From the IMG/VR virus record IMGVR_UViG_3300050581_000229: DNA of 64,000 nt; one strand, 5' to 3'. The position numbers were made by a program, and so were the translations under genes. This document shows positions 48,597-58,099 of the stretch, in pieces. Source of the stretch: an uncultured virus (IMG/VR IMGVR_UViG_3300050581_000229). Its lineage: Duplodnaviria; Heunggongvirae; Uroviricota; Caudoviricetes. Below the pieces are notes generated by a model. The model worked only from the letters and a program-made list of their open reading frames with translations. It had not been told where the DNA came from and made no database searches. Each line of letters opens with the position of its first letter. Within the stretch, counting starts at the first letter, position 1.

Positions 48597-49583
48597 ATGG
48601 CTGATAACTACACGGCTACGCCTGGCAGCGGGCTAGCTTTTGGTGCTGACGAATTATCGATTGGTGGGGTAACGGTATTAGTTCCGCGAATCAAGCTCGT
48701 AGTAGGATCCGATGGCTCTGGTGCAGACCTCGCGCCAGGACAGGCCACGATGTCGGCATCCCTGCCGGTCGTGATTGCTTCCGACCAGGGCAACCTCCCG
48801 ACCTCAATCGCGGCTTGCCCAATTACTCTGCCGGTAAGCGCAACTATCGCAGTCGATTCTGTCGGCTTTGCAAAGAACGACACGCTGACCGATGGGACGC
48901 AGAGGTCGATTGCTCGTGGCGCGGCGATGGGGACGACAGCCGCAGCCGACATTACGGGGACTACGGAGGGGGATAACCACCAGGCGCTTGATGTCCAGGT
49001 CTACAGCGGCGGCACGGCTGTCAATCCGGCTGAAATCCGCGCACTCACTACTAACGACAATATCTCAACTACTCCCGTCGCGAGCGAGGTTCACGTCGGC
49101 GAGGTTGGCGGCAAGATTGCCATCGCCACGTCCTCGTTCGCTCGCCCGAACAACACGACACAGTACACGGCTGGCGACGCGCTAAACGCATTTGAGAGCG
49201 GTTCGTCGCTGAATTCAATCGCCGTTGGCCGCATTAACACTGGGAACGGTAAGATTCTGGCCGCGACACTGACCGATAGCGCGGCACAAAGCGTGAAGGG
49301 AGATTTCACGCTTTACCTGTTTGACGACGCGATCACCGCTCCACAGGATAACGTGTTGTTCAACCCCACCGACGCGGAAATCAAATCCTGCCTTGGGGCA
49401 ATCCAGTTTGCCAATCCAATTTCCCTACCGTCCAATTGCCTGTATGAGGTAAATGATCTCAATATCGGCTTTCAATGTGGGGAAAACACGCAGAACATCT
49501 TCTGGGTGCTGGTGGCGAACAACGCCTATACCCCGGTGGCGAACGAGGAATTCTGCTTGCGATTGCATGTTGAGCAGAACTAA
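48597..49583 (+). CDS. Probable virion structural or decoration protein
   Basis: GQATMSASLPVVIASDQ; RP.NTT.Y.AGD; beta-sandwich-like C-terminus. Confidence 0.6.
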   Translation: MADNYTATPGSGLAFGADELSIGGVTVLVPRIKLVVGSDGSGADLAPGQATMSASLPVVIASDQGNLPTSIAACPITLPVSATIAVDSVGFAKNDTLTDGTQRSIARGAAMGTTAAADITGTTEGDNHQALDVQVYSGGTAVNPAEIRALTTNDNISTTPVASEVHVGEVGGKIAIATSSFARPNNTTQYTAGDALNAFESGSSLNSIAVGRINTGNGKILAATLTDSAAQSVKGDFTLYLFDDAITAPQDNVLFNPTDAEIKSCLGAIQFANPISLPSNCLYEVNDLNIGFQCGENTQNIFWVLVANNAYTPVANEEFCLRLHVEQN

Positions 49584-49614
49584 CACTTGACAATAACTGA
49601 TTAGGTTTCAGAAT
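49584..49614 (+). promoter_or_regulatory. Sigma70-like promoter, copy 3
   Basis: CACTTGACAATAACTGAT identical to 21798-21815; CAGAAT at 16-nt spacing. Confidence 0.55.
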
Positions 49615-49677
49615 GAAATGGACCGCTGGCGGGTGGCCCATAGACGGCATGGCGGTGCGTTGACGTATTGGTGAGCC

Positions 49678-50175
49678 ATGAATGACACTGTGTTGATTGC
49701 ATTGGGCGGAACTCTGATTACGAATGTCGCGACGGTTGCTACTGTGCTCTTCCGCCTGCGGGCCAGCCGGACCACGATAGAGGCAAATGCCGCCGACACG
49801 ATCCAGAAGGCGGCAGCGGCATTGGTCGAGGAACAACAGGGGAGAATCCAGACGCTACATGATCGTGTGGACGCTTTGGAGAAAGAACGCGAGTCTTTGC
49901 TTACGCAGATTCAGGCGTTGACGGTCATCATCACCTCGATGAAGGAAGACCATGCCCGCGAGCGGAGCGAGATGGAGCAGAAGATCACCGCGATGCAGAA
50001 GCGCATTGATGAGTTGGTGGCAGAGAGAAATGTGTTGTTAAAGCAGATTGAGGCGTTGAAGAATGGAAGAAGCGATAGCGCAGATGCGGGAAATGGGGGC
50101 ACCGTTCAGCCAGATAGCGGCAAGCCTGGGAATGACCAAGGATCAGGTGCAGAAAATCTACAAGCGAAAGGTTGA
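49678..50175 (+). CDS. Membrane-anchored coiled-coil protein (lysis-associated candidate)
   Basis: N-terminal TM segment plus long heptad repeats. Confidence 0.65.
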   Translation: MNDTVLIALGGTLITNVATVATVLFRLRASRTTIEANAADTIQKAAAALVEEQQGRIQTLHDRVDALEKERESLLTQIQALTVIITSMKEDHARERSEMEQKITAMQKRIDELVAERNVLLKQIEALKNGRSDSADAGNGGTVQPDSGKPGNDQGSGAENLQAKG

Positions 50176-50908
50176 ACCTTTTGTCATAGATGAAACCTGC
50201 AAGCCTGTTCCAATCCCGCCGCCGATGGAGGTGCGCGGGGACGCGGTAGTGGTCAGCGACGTGCATGTGAACGATACGGACGAAGCCCTCGTTACGCGGT
50301 CGGCGGAAGTCAACCTGGATATCCTCATCATCGCGAGCGATTTGTTTAACATGGCCGCGTTCTCGACCTTCCCGAAGACGGATTACCCGGAGAGCTATGA
50401 CGCGGAGATGGACCTGGCCGAGAAGCTGATGAAATACTATCTGCGGTACTTCAAGGACATCTACTGGATTACCGGGAACCACGACGAGCGGCTAACGAAG
50501 ATGACCCGCGCAGAATACGGGCTAAAGGATGTTGTTCGGAGCGTCGTTGATAGCGCGGATCGGCCCAGGGTGCACTTCAGCCCCTTGAACTACATGTACC
50601 TCTTTAGCGGGGATCGGAAGTGGCTGATCGCGCACCAGAACAAGTACGCGAAGACCAGATTGCTCAAAGCACAAGCGTTGTGCGACATCCATCACTGTAA
50701 CGTGTTGACCGCGCACGAGCATCACGCGGGAATCACGCTATCGCGGGATGGTCTGTACACACTGGTGAACAACCCCATGTTAGCCAACGACCCGGCTTAC
50801 GTGAAGGAGCACATCTCCGATATGCCGCGAATGTGCAAGGGGTTCAGCGTGATTCGCGAGGGCCGCGTGGATCAGTATGTTGAAGGGGCCTTGTTCGGGC
50901 TCCAATAG
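50063..50908 (+). CDS. Calcineurin-like metallophosphoesterase with N-terminal HTH
   Basis: SDVH, SDLFN, GNHD, AHQ, AHEH; G.PFSQIAASLGMT. Confidence 0.85.
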   Translation: MEEAIAQMREMGAPFSQIAASLGMTKDQVQKIYKRKVEPFVIDETCKPVPIPPPMEVRGDAVVVSDVHVNDTDEALVTRSAEVNLDILIIASDLFNMAAFSTFPKTDYPESYDAEMDLAEKLMKYYLRYFKDIYWITGNHDERLTKMTRAEYGLKDVVRSVVDSADRPRVHFSPLNYMYLFSGDRKWLIAHQNKYAKTRLLKAQALCDIHHCNVLTAHEHHAGITLSRDGLYTLVNNPMLANDPAYVKEHISDMPRMCKGFSVIREGRVDQYVEGALFGLQ

Positions 50909-50932
50909 CGGTTGGGCTCCCAACCGGAGGCA

Positions 50933-51331
50933 ATGATGAATATTCCGAGTGAAGTTGTTGTGTTTGTGAGTCTGTGTTTGGTTGCGGTGGCGAGCGCGGT
51001 GTGCGGTGCTCTTGCCCTGAAGAGCAAGACGTTCATCCCGAACGCGGTAGAAACCCTGGAAACGCGCATGGGCGAGGACAACTGGAAGAAGTTGATCGAC
51101 GCGGCGAACATGGGTATTCGCGCGGCACAGCAAGCACGATTGACCGGCTTGATCGAGAATACCGGGAACGCGGCTAAGACTTATGCCCTGGAAGCCACCA
51201 AGACGTTCCTGGCATCAATGGGCCTCGAAGAGATCGACGTGGATGCAATTGATAAGATCATCGAGGGATTGTTCAATACGGTGGCCGGGGAGTTAAAAGA
51301 CCAGCTTATCAAGGCGGGGTTGAAGGTGTAA
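50933..51331 (+). CDS. Holin (LL-H-like)
   Basis: N-terminal TM; AAQQ....G.AAK.YA....L...G....D.D.I..IIE; GGAGG RBS. Confidence 0.75.
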   Translation: MMNIPSEVVVFVSLCLVAVASAVCGALALKSKTFIPNAVETLETRMGEDNWKKLIDAANMGIRAAQQARLTGLIENTGNAAKTYALEATKTFLASMGLEEIDVDAIDKIIEGLFNTVAGELKDQLIKAGLKV

Positions 51332-51335
51332 GAAG

Positions 51336-51360
51336 AAGGGGAGCTTATGGCTCCCTTTTT
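51336..51360 (+). terminator. Intrinsic terminator ending the late operon
   Basis: AAGGGGAGC-TTATG-GCTCCCTTTTT. Confidence 0.8.
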
Positions 51361-51599
51361 ACCACTGAATCATCAAGATAGGTGCACTGCTATAGGATTC
51401 ATTGTCATGTCAGTGAATCGGTCTGTTACAGCTTATTTGGGGTGGTAGCCACAAACATGGCACGCCTCCGCATTATCACTATTCGTAGCGTTGCACTTTG
51501 GGCACAACCAACTTATACCAAGAATTGAAATTATGCGTTTTACTAGGGTCTGAACGAACATTTGTTGCCTCCGAACTAGATCAAAGTGTGCATCGGTGT

Positions 51600-52532
51600 T
51601 CAGCTTATCATTGCTAAACGCCGTTCGGCTCGATGTTTGATATCCTCAATCTGCTGCTTTTCGTCCTCTGTGGCTTCAACTTTGTCCCACGGTGCGTCTA
51701 GTATGGCTCGGACGATACGGTCTTTGTTGGACAATGCCTCAATGTTCTGCACTGTATCATGAACGGTCAGCATTATGTCGCTGGCACCTAACCAATACCC
51801 AACCTTAACGGATGATCGAAGATCATAGGGATATGCAGCAACCATCTCATCGATCATATTACTCAACTTGATCACCTTCCAACGTGCAACACTGACACCA
51901 ATCACTATAGATGTAAAGTCTACTACGCCACTACCAGTATTTTTTGGTATACCCTGAGGTATGCCAAGTTCATCCATCGCGAATAAAATGAGCATACCTC
52001 GTGCCAGGGAGTAATATTTATCCTGTGCAACGGAGGTCTCAAACTCTACTTTAGCCTTTTTTGCGTCATTTAATTTTATATACGCCAAACCCAATAATGC
52101 GTGACCTCTTGGCGTATACCCACCAGCTTTCTTTATAGCCAGTGACATTTCACCCGCAAATTCCAGCCAGTTTTTCGGATCATCATTGCCATCTTCGGGC
52201 CGCATGTCCTCCGCGTGTTCTAGTGCTTTGTTAGCTTCAGAGGTATTGGTGAATACATAAATAGGTTGCCAGTCTTTCATGCCCTCGAACCACATCAAAT
52301 CTGTAATGGACAAACGTCTATCGGCAATCCGCTCTTCTATGTCTGCCATATTAAAAGGCCCACTTCGCTCCTTCTTCCTTGTGACGTAAATATCCTTCTT
52401 GGTATGCTTTATCGAGTCTGAATTTGAACTGCCACATTGTTGTTCGTTATTAAATTGTTGCGGTTTACCACACCATTGGCAGAATGCGGCGTCATCAGCG
52501 ATTTCCTTCATGCAAAACTGGCATTTCTTCAT
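51600..52532 (-). CDS. Zinc-ribbon / GYF_2 (DUF4339) / TPR-like protein
   Basis: CQFC..CQWCG; GPF....I......L.W.EGM.DW.P; helical repeat. Confidence 0.8.
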   Translation of the reverse strand: MKKCQFCMKEIADDAAFCQWCGKPQQFNNEQQCGSSNSDSIKHTKKDIYVTRKKERSGPFNMADIEERIADRRLSITDLMWFEGMKDWQPIYVFTNTSEANKALEHAEDMRPEDGNDDPKNWLEFAGEMSLAIKKAGGYTPRGHALLGLAYIKLNDAKKAKVEFETSVAQDKYYSLARGMLILFAMDELGIPQGIPKNTGSGVVDFTSIVIGVSVARWKVIKLSNMIDEMVAAYPYDLRSSVKVGYWLGASDIMLTVHDTVQNIEALSNKDRIVRAILDAPWDKVEATEDEKQQIEDIKHRAERRLAMIS

Positions 52533-53856
52533 GATTGATCACCCTTATGAATATGTCAGAGCTTATGATGTTACGAACTAACAGACAGTTGTGCTATATA
52601 AGGTGTGCAAACACATCTAACAATCCTGCTGGACGAAGGAGCTGGACTATCATTCAAGATATTGTGTCATGTAGGATGTTGAAATATCTTTCCCCTTCCT
52701 CATTATAAAGTGGCGACTATACCGATGCAACGAAGTTGTGTTGCTCCAAGCAACAGGGGCAAACGACATTAACATCGATTAAGAACACTGTTCTTCTCAG
52801 GACTCACACTCTATCTTGATAGCTGCTTCATTCAGCAGGTGACGGTCCTCTCGGCTCAGATACAGTATTCCATTACTATCCGCAGACAGATAGAGTGCTC
52901 GGTATAGGTCGGCCAGCGGGTGATCCACATCAGGATCGGCGGGATTGATAACGACAACTCCGCATGGAAGCTGTGACATGCTGGGAATCTACTTCCTAGT
53001 CCAATTACATCTGTGTGGTATCGTCTCGGCATCAATCTGGTATCAGCTCCGTGTCGAGAAAACGTCTGGATTCGGAATTGGCATGTGGTATGATCTTCGG
53101 CACAGACAAGATTGGGAGGTGATCTTCAGTGGAAGCATTTTTGGATTGCCTCCGAACCCCAACCAGGTGGTCCTTCGTTTAGCAGATGCGAAGGTGCCAG
53201 TTCAGGCGGAGGTTCTAAAGAATCCTGATGAGTCGGCCACCGACTGGGGAGTCATCTGAGTACAGATGACCACTTGCCTGGCGCGGCATGGTATGGCAAG
53301 ATCAGTCTGCTAAGGGTAGGGCTGCTTTTGGGCGGCCCTATCTTTTTTTGTGTAGCTGATTAGCATAAGACGACGTTCGCCATACAGGCGGAAATGTTCT
53401 CAACAAGAAACTGGGCACCTGGGATAATGAAAAATAGTGAGATTCTCCTTAATAACTAACTTTCCCTGCCTATTTTCCACTAGAGGTATACACAAATTCC
53501 CTTACACTATCTGGCTTTTACCGTTTGCATCGTCGCCCCGACACACTTCTCGGATTCTTACGCCACGCTAGTACATCTTCCTGGAAGTCCTCGACAAATA
53601 AGCTCCATCAACCTCCGGTTTTGCCCGCAATACGATAAAGGTTAATTTGTCGGTCATTTCCAAGAGGCTGTACTAGTCTCGTTGTTAATCGACTTTGATG
53701 AACGTCGATAGTGAATGCCGTCCAAAACCCGAGCGACATGGTCTTTGTCTTGCAATGGGTCAGGCTTGTGCTTCCGTGCCTACAACGGAGCAATTGGTTA
53801 ACACACTCAATCACACCGTAAGGTAGAATGCTTAAATCTATAGTGCGGAGCAAATC

Positions 53857-54522
53857 GTGTTATCAGAGCAACTACCCCAGCTAACGATTACAGACTTGTG
53901 TAATGAAGCTGCATCCTTTTCAAGGAACGAGTCCAATCATGCAGAACCATCCATATATGGAGTTACTGATGGCAAAGCTGTGGGGACATACGTCGAGCAC
54001 AAATTCAAGGATTCCTTAGTCGGTAGGTACACCTACACTCATGGGAATTCCGCAGCTGGAATCGACTTTCCTGACTTGAATATAGACGTCAAGGTTACGA
54101 GTATTCGCCAACCGCAGTCATCATGCCCTTTTAAATCCGCAAGACAGAAGGTGTATGGACTTGGCTACTCAGTTCTTCTGTTCGTGTATGAAAAGATGGA
54201 CGATCCCCAAACTCGTACCAGTCAACTTAGGATTTTGCACACGATTTTTATCGATGAATCGAGGACGGCGGACTACCAAACAACAAAGGGTATCCATGAC
54301 ATCTTAGCAAGGCATGGAAACGTAGATGACATTATTGGATTTATGATAGATCGCTTCTTTCCGGTGGATGATATCCAAGCTCAGCGACTTGCCGAAGAGA
54401 TAATCGCAAATCCCCCTGGACTGGGATACCTCACAATATCAAATGCTCTTCAGTGGCGGCTACAGTACAGTCGTGTAATTGCGCAGGCTAATCTAGTAGA
54501 AGGCATTGTAAGAATCGCATAA
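53857..54522 (+). CDS. Restriction endonuclease (PD-(D/E)xK)
   Basis: GTYVEHKF..GIDFPDLNIDVKVT; coupled to a methyltransferase. Confidence 0.8.
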   Translation: MLSEQLPQLTITDLCNEAASFSRNESNHAEPSIYGVTDGKAVGTYVEHKFKDSLVGRYTYTHGNSAAGIDFPDLNIDVKVTSIRQPQSSCPFKSARQKVYGLGYSVLLFVYEKMDDPQTRTSQLRILHTIFIDESRTADYQTTKGIHDILARHGNVDDIIGFMIDRFFPVDDIQAQRLAEEIIANPPGLGYLTISNALQWRLQYSRVIAQANLVEGIVRIA

Positions 54523-55994
54523 TGAGTAACGCAAGAAGTAAGAAGCAATATACCGAATATGGTGATTTTCAGACGCCTCCCGATCTGGCGAGAGAAATAT
54601 GCGTCTTGTTATCAACACAAGGCTCCAACCCATCTTCCATTTTAGAATCTTCTTGTGGCAAAGGTAACTTGCTTCTGTCTGCGCTTGACGTTTTCCCTAA
54701 CGTTGTGCAAGCTATTGGATGTGACATCAACACCGAGTATGTAAACCATCTGAGCAAAGAGATCACAAGTCGGCATTACCTTGCTCAGGTCCAAGTGTAT
54801 CCGTGGAACTTCTTCGGTGTGAATTGGGGTCAGGTTTTGCGTTCCATGATACCGCCCGTCTTGATAATAGGCAATCCTCCGTGGGTGACGAACGCGGCCT
54901 TGTCAACCCTCGGCAGCACTAATTTACCCGAGAAGAGTAATTTTCAGGGGCACTCTGGGCTAGATGCGATAACAGGTAAGAGCAATTTCGATATCTCGGA
55001 ATGGATGCTTATTAACCTGCTGGAAGCCGCCAAACAGACTACCACGACTATTGCGGTGTTGTGCAAGACCATTGTGGCACGAAAAGTTCTTGCGTATGCT
55101 TGGAAGCGGGAGTTCCACCTTTCGGAAGCAAGCATCTATAACATTGATGCCTTCAAGTATTTTGGAGCATCTGTTGATGCGTGCCTCCTGGTCGTTAGCG
55201 TAGCTCTTGGTGTAGGCACGGCAAAAGCGTGTACAGTTTACAACTCCATTGCAGGCGTCACTCCCACATCAAGTTTTGGATATGTCGATGGTGCTCTTAT
55301 TGCCAATGTTGGCGATTATGAGCGGTGGAGGTTTCTGCAGGGAACAGGAACATATCGGTGGCGATCTGGCATTAAGCATGACAGCGCTAAAGTCATGGAG
55401 CTTCAATTGACTCCTAGCGGCTATAAGAATGGGCTTGGCGAATTGTGCGAACTGGAAAGCACCTATCTGTACCCGATGTTAAAGAGTTCGGATATTGCAA
55501 ACAGCACAACTTCGGCACCGACACGTTGGATGATAGTTACACAACGGCATATTGGAGAGAGCACAGAACCTATTAGGCACAGAGCCCCAAAGACATGGGA
55601 ATACCTCAATAGTCATCACGAGTTGTTAGGCAATCGTAAGAGTAGCCTGTATAGGAACAGGCCACCATTCTCGATTTTTGGTGTTGGCAGTTACTCATTC
55701 TCGCCTTGGAAGGTAGCGATCTCAGCCCTCTACAAGAAACTACAGTTTGCTCTTGTTGCACCATTTGAGGGCAAACCGGTAGTGCTAGATGATACCTGCA
55801 ATTTTATTGCGTGCGAATCCAAAGAAGAGGCAACTTTCGTGCTACGGTTGCTCAACTCCGAGCCCGCACAGCGATTTATTAGTTCGCTTATCTTCTGGGA
55901 TGCAAAACGTCCACTTACTCTCGATATTCTAAATCGCCTTAACCTTGATCTGGTAGCAAATGAGATAGAGCCGATCAAGCGGATGTTATTTTGA
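54522..55994 (+). CDS. Amino (N6-A/N4-C) DNA methyltransferase, gamma-type motif order
   Basis: GDFQTP, ILESSCGKGNLL (motif I), IGNPPW (motif IV), C-terminal TRD. Confidence 0.92.
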   Translation: MSNARSKKQYTEYGDFQTPPDLAREICVLLSTQGSNPSSILESSCGKGNLLLSALDVFPNVVQAIGCDINTEYVNHLSKEITSRHYLAQVQVYPWNFFGVNWGQVLRSMIPPVLIIGNPPWVTNAALSTLGSTNLPEKSNFQGHSGLDAITGKSNFDISEWMLINLLEAAKQTTTTIAVLCKTIVARKVLAYAWKREFHLSEASIYNIDAFKYFGASVDACLLVVSVALGVGTAKACTVYNSIAGVTPTSSFGYVDGALIANVGDYERWRFLQGTGTYRWRSGIKHDSAKVMELQLTPSGYKNGLGELCELESTYLYPMLKSSDIANSTTSAPTRWMIVTQRHIGESTEPIRHRAPKTWEYLNSHHELLGNRKSSLYRNRPPFSIFGVGSYSFSPWKVAISALYKKLQFALVAPFEGKPVVLDDTCNFIACESKEEATFVLRLLNSEPAQRFISSLIFWDAKRPLTLDILNRLNLDLVANEIEPIKRMLF

Positions 55995-56134
55995 GTCCTT
56001 GCATAAAGAAGACAATCAAACTGCGTGGTTTCTTACTAGCAGCGCTTTCGGTGTCATGGGTTCCCCTGTTGGGGAAATGATACTTCAGAAAGCGCAACGC
56101 TCTGGCGCTTGCCGCTTGCCTGATTACTTGACAG

Positions 56135-56659
56135 TCACTTATAAAGATATTCCGTCATCTGTGACACGGGAACACTGGCTTCACCAGGGACATACACCAC
56201 ATCATCGCGGTAGCAATAGTAAAGAGCCTCCCAGCGCTCTCGGGCATGACGCCATTTAGGGACTTCTTGCATTTCCACTTGAGCTACTCGTTGATTGTGA
56301 GTACGACGGCCTCGAACCATAATCACTAAGCCTAATACTATGGCACCAATAGAGACCAAGAACATGAGTACATCTACTGTTGATCTCAAATGCGACATTA
56401 AGTTCCCTGCGGAAAAGAGGCCAAAGAACAGAAATGTGATACCCCCAAGCGCCATAAATATGATGTCTCCCTCACATCCTGAACTTGGTTTATTCGGTGC
56501 CTTTAGCTTCTGGGCTAGAGATGATACCTGTGTTCCACTGTATGAACCATCATAGCCCGCCCCTGATACATGTTGCGTTTGATCTGCAACAATCGCGGAA
56601 ACCTTCTGAACCTGATCGATTTGGCCGCAAACTGGACATGCGTGATTGCCTTTATCCAT
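56135..56659 (-). CDS. Zinc-ribbon two-TM membrane protein
   Basis: CPVCG..D.VQKVS, LAQKL..P..P, two TM segments, W..LYYC.R. Confidence 0.75.
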   Translation of the reverse strand: MDKGNHACPVCGQIDQVQKVSAIVADQTQHVSGAGYDGSYSGTQVSSLAQKLKAPNKPSSGCEGDIIFMALGGITFLFFGLFSAGNLMSHLRSTVDVLMFLVSIGAIVLGLVIMVRGRRTHNQRVAQVEMQEVPKWRHARERWEALYYCYRDDVVYVPGEASVPVSQMTEYLYK

Positions 56660-56890
56660 GCCGCCTATTGTAAAAAACGATCTTCGTTATGCAACCGAGT
56701 CGCGTTGCTTGGCGCAACAGAGCAAATAGCCATTCTTGCCAGAAATCCCCTACGATATTTCATGGCTCATCACACAAGAGCACATGTCAGTTAGCATCAG
56801 ACAATGGACTACAATGAATTGGTTCGTTATACTAAGTGAGAACGTTCTCGCCATCTATCCGCCTAACCAAGTCTGGATGAGGCAAGTCAA

Positions 56891-58099
56891 ATGAGCCAAG
56901 TACCCAATCTTCGGTCGCGGGAAGCAGTGTTTGACTTCCTTGATGATTACGCATACCAGCGTAGACAAGAGATTGATCGTCATCAACTCGGCGAAGGCCG
57001 TGGACTAATAAAGTCCTACGTCGTCGAGACATCGCCACATAACCCAACAATTGCAGAAACGGTGAAAGCCCTAAGGGGAACTGGATGGGATCTGGCACCT
57101 ATAGAAGATGACCGTCTCTATTCAGTACAAGATAACAATGGAGAGCTTGGATATATCGAGCCTGTATCGCCACGCTATTGGGCATTGCATACTTATCGCC
57201 AAACGAGCAAAGCTGACCCAGCAATACAGAGAACCGTGAGGGAAACACCTCAGCTAGATTCACTCTGGCTTTCTGGTGATTACTTCACGGCCTTGTGGAA
57301 GACACTTATACTACCGCAGTTTCCATATCGCTCCATCACGTTTAAATTCGAGCACAGGGCACGCTTTGAACCTAATGGTGTGCCAGAAAGCGATGACTTC
57401 GATGAAAACCAGGAGGAAGACATCGAAGAACAACCGGCATCAATATCGAGTATCACAGAGCGAGCATCACGGATTGCCACATTCCTTCCAGACTTGCAAA
57501 AGGTTCATCCGCCCTTCAAAGCCATAAGAATGATGCGTATTCCTGCCGACAAATCGCCAGGGGGGTATGAGTTCTGGTCTTGGGGCAAAGTTACCTATCG
57601 CTCGGATGACTTCCGCGAAGGTCGAGAACAGGTATTCTCGATAACAAGGCTATATTCTCGGTTGACCGAGGCTATTGAACAGAAGCTCTGGCTAAGTTTC
57701 GAGCGAATTAACCACACCGATGGCGAGGCATTAGCAATCACAGGTGCACCACTTACGTTAGAGTTCTCAAAACCACTTTCTAATGAGATTTATAACAACC
57801 TGCTAGATGTCACATTCGAGAATAGTCAAGGCCCCTTGCGGCTTTGGGGTAATCCCATACGGTTGAGTGCGAACCGAGCACATGTATACGGAGTAGATAT
57901 GCACTTGTGGCAACGCATCTATCTAGACATCACACCTTACAGGATAGTTGCGATACTTCCTCGGGGCACCTGTGGTAACACGGCTCATCGCTTATTAACG
58001 AACGTGCAGCGTTTTGTCGATCCTGGCGTAAAGATGTGGATTGGTGATACTGGATATGACGAGCTTGTTCGTGGCACCCTACTAGGGAGGGATGGTTGA
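56891..58099 (+). CDS. Hypothetical protein, first gene of a two-gene accessory operon
   Basis: 402-aa ORF overlapping the next gene by 8 nt. Confidence 0.75.
   Translation: MSQVPNLRSREAVFDFLDDYAYQRRQEIDRHQLGEGRGLIKSYVVETSPHNPTIAETVKALRGTGWDLAPIEDDRLYSVQDNNGELGYIEPVSPRYWALHTYRQTSKADPAIQRTVRETPQLDSLWLSGDYFTALWKTLILPQFPYRSITFKFEHRARFEPNGVPESDDFDENQEEDIEEQPASISSITERASRIATFLPDLQKVHPPFKAIRMMRIPADKSPGGYEFWSWGKVTYRSDDFREGREQVFSITRLYSRLTEAIEQKLWLSFERINHTDGEALAITGAPLTLEFSKPLSNEIYNNLLDVTFENSQGPLRLWGNPIRLSANRAHVYGVDMHLWQRIYLDITPYRIVAILPRGTCGNTAHRLLTNVQRFVDPGVKMWIGDTGYDELVRGTLLGRDG

Noticed and set aside
46243..49583. Diversity-generating retroelement targeting the tail fibre
   Set aside because: No reverse transcriptase and no TR/VR pair with adenine-specific mismatches seen in the window.
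2048..50924. CRISPR array or integron attC interpretation of the palindromes
   Set aside because: Copies are 14 bp, kilobases apart and often intragenic; no regular spacers, cas genes or integron integrase.
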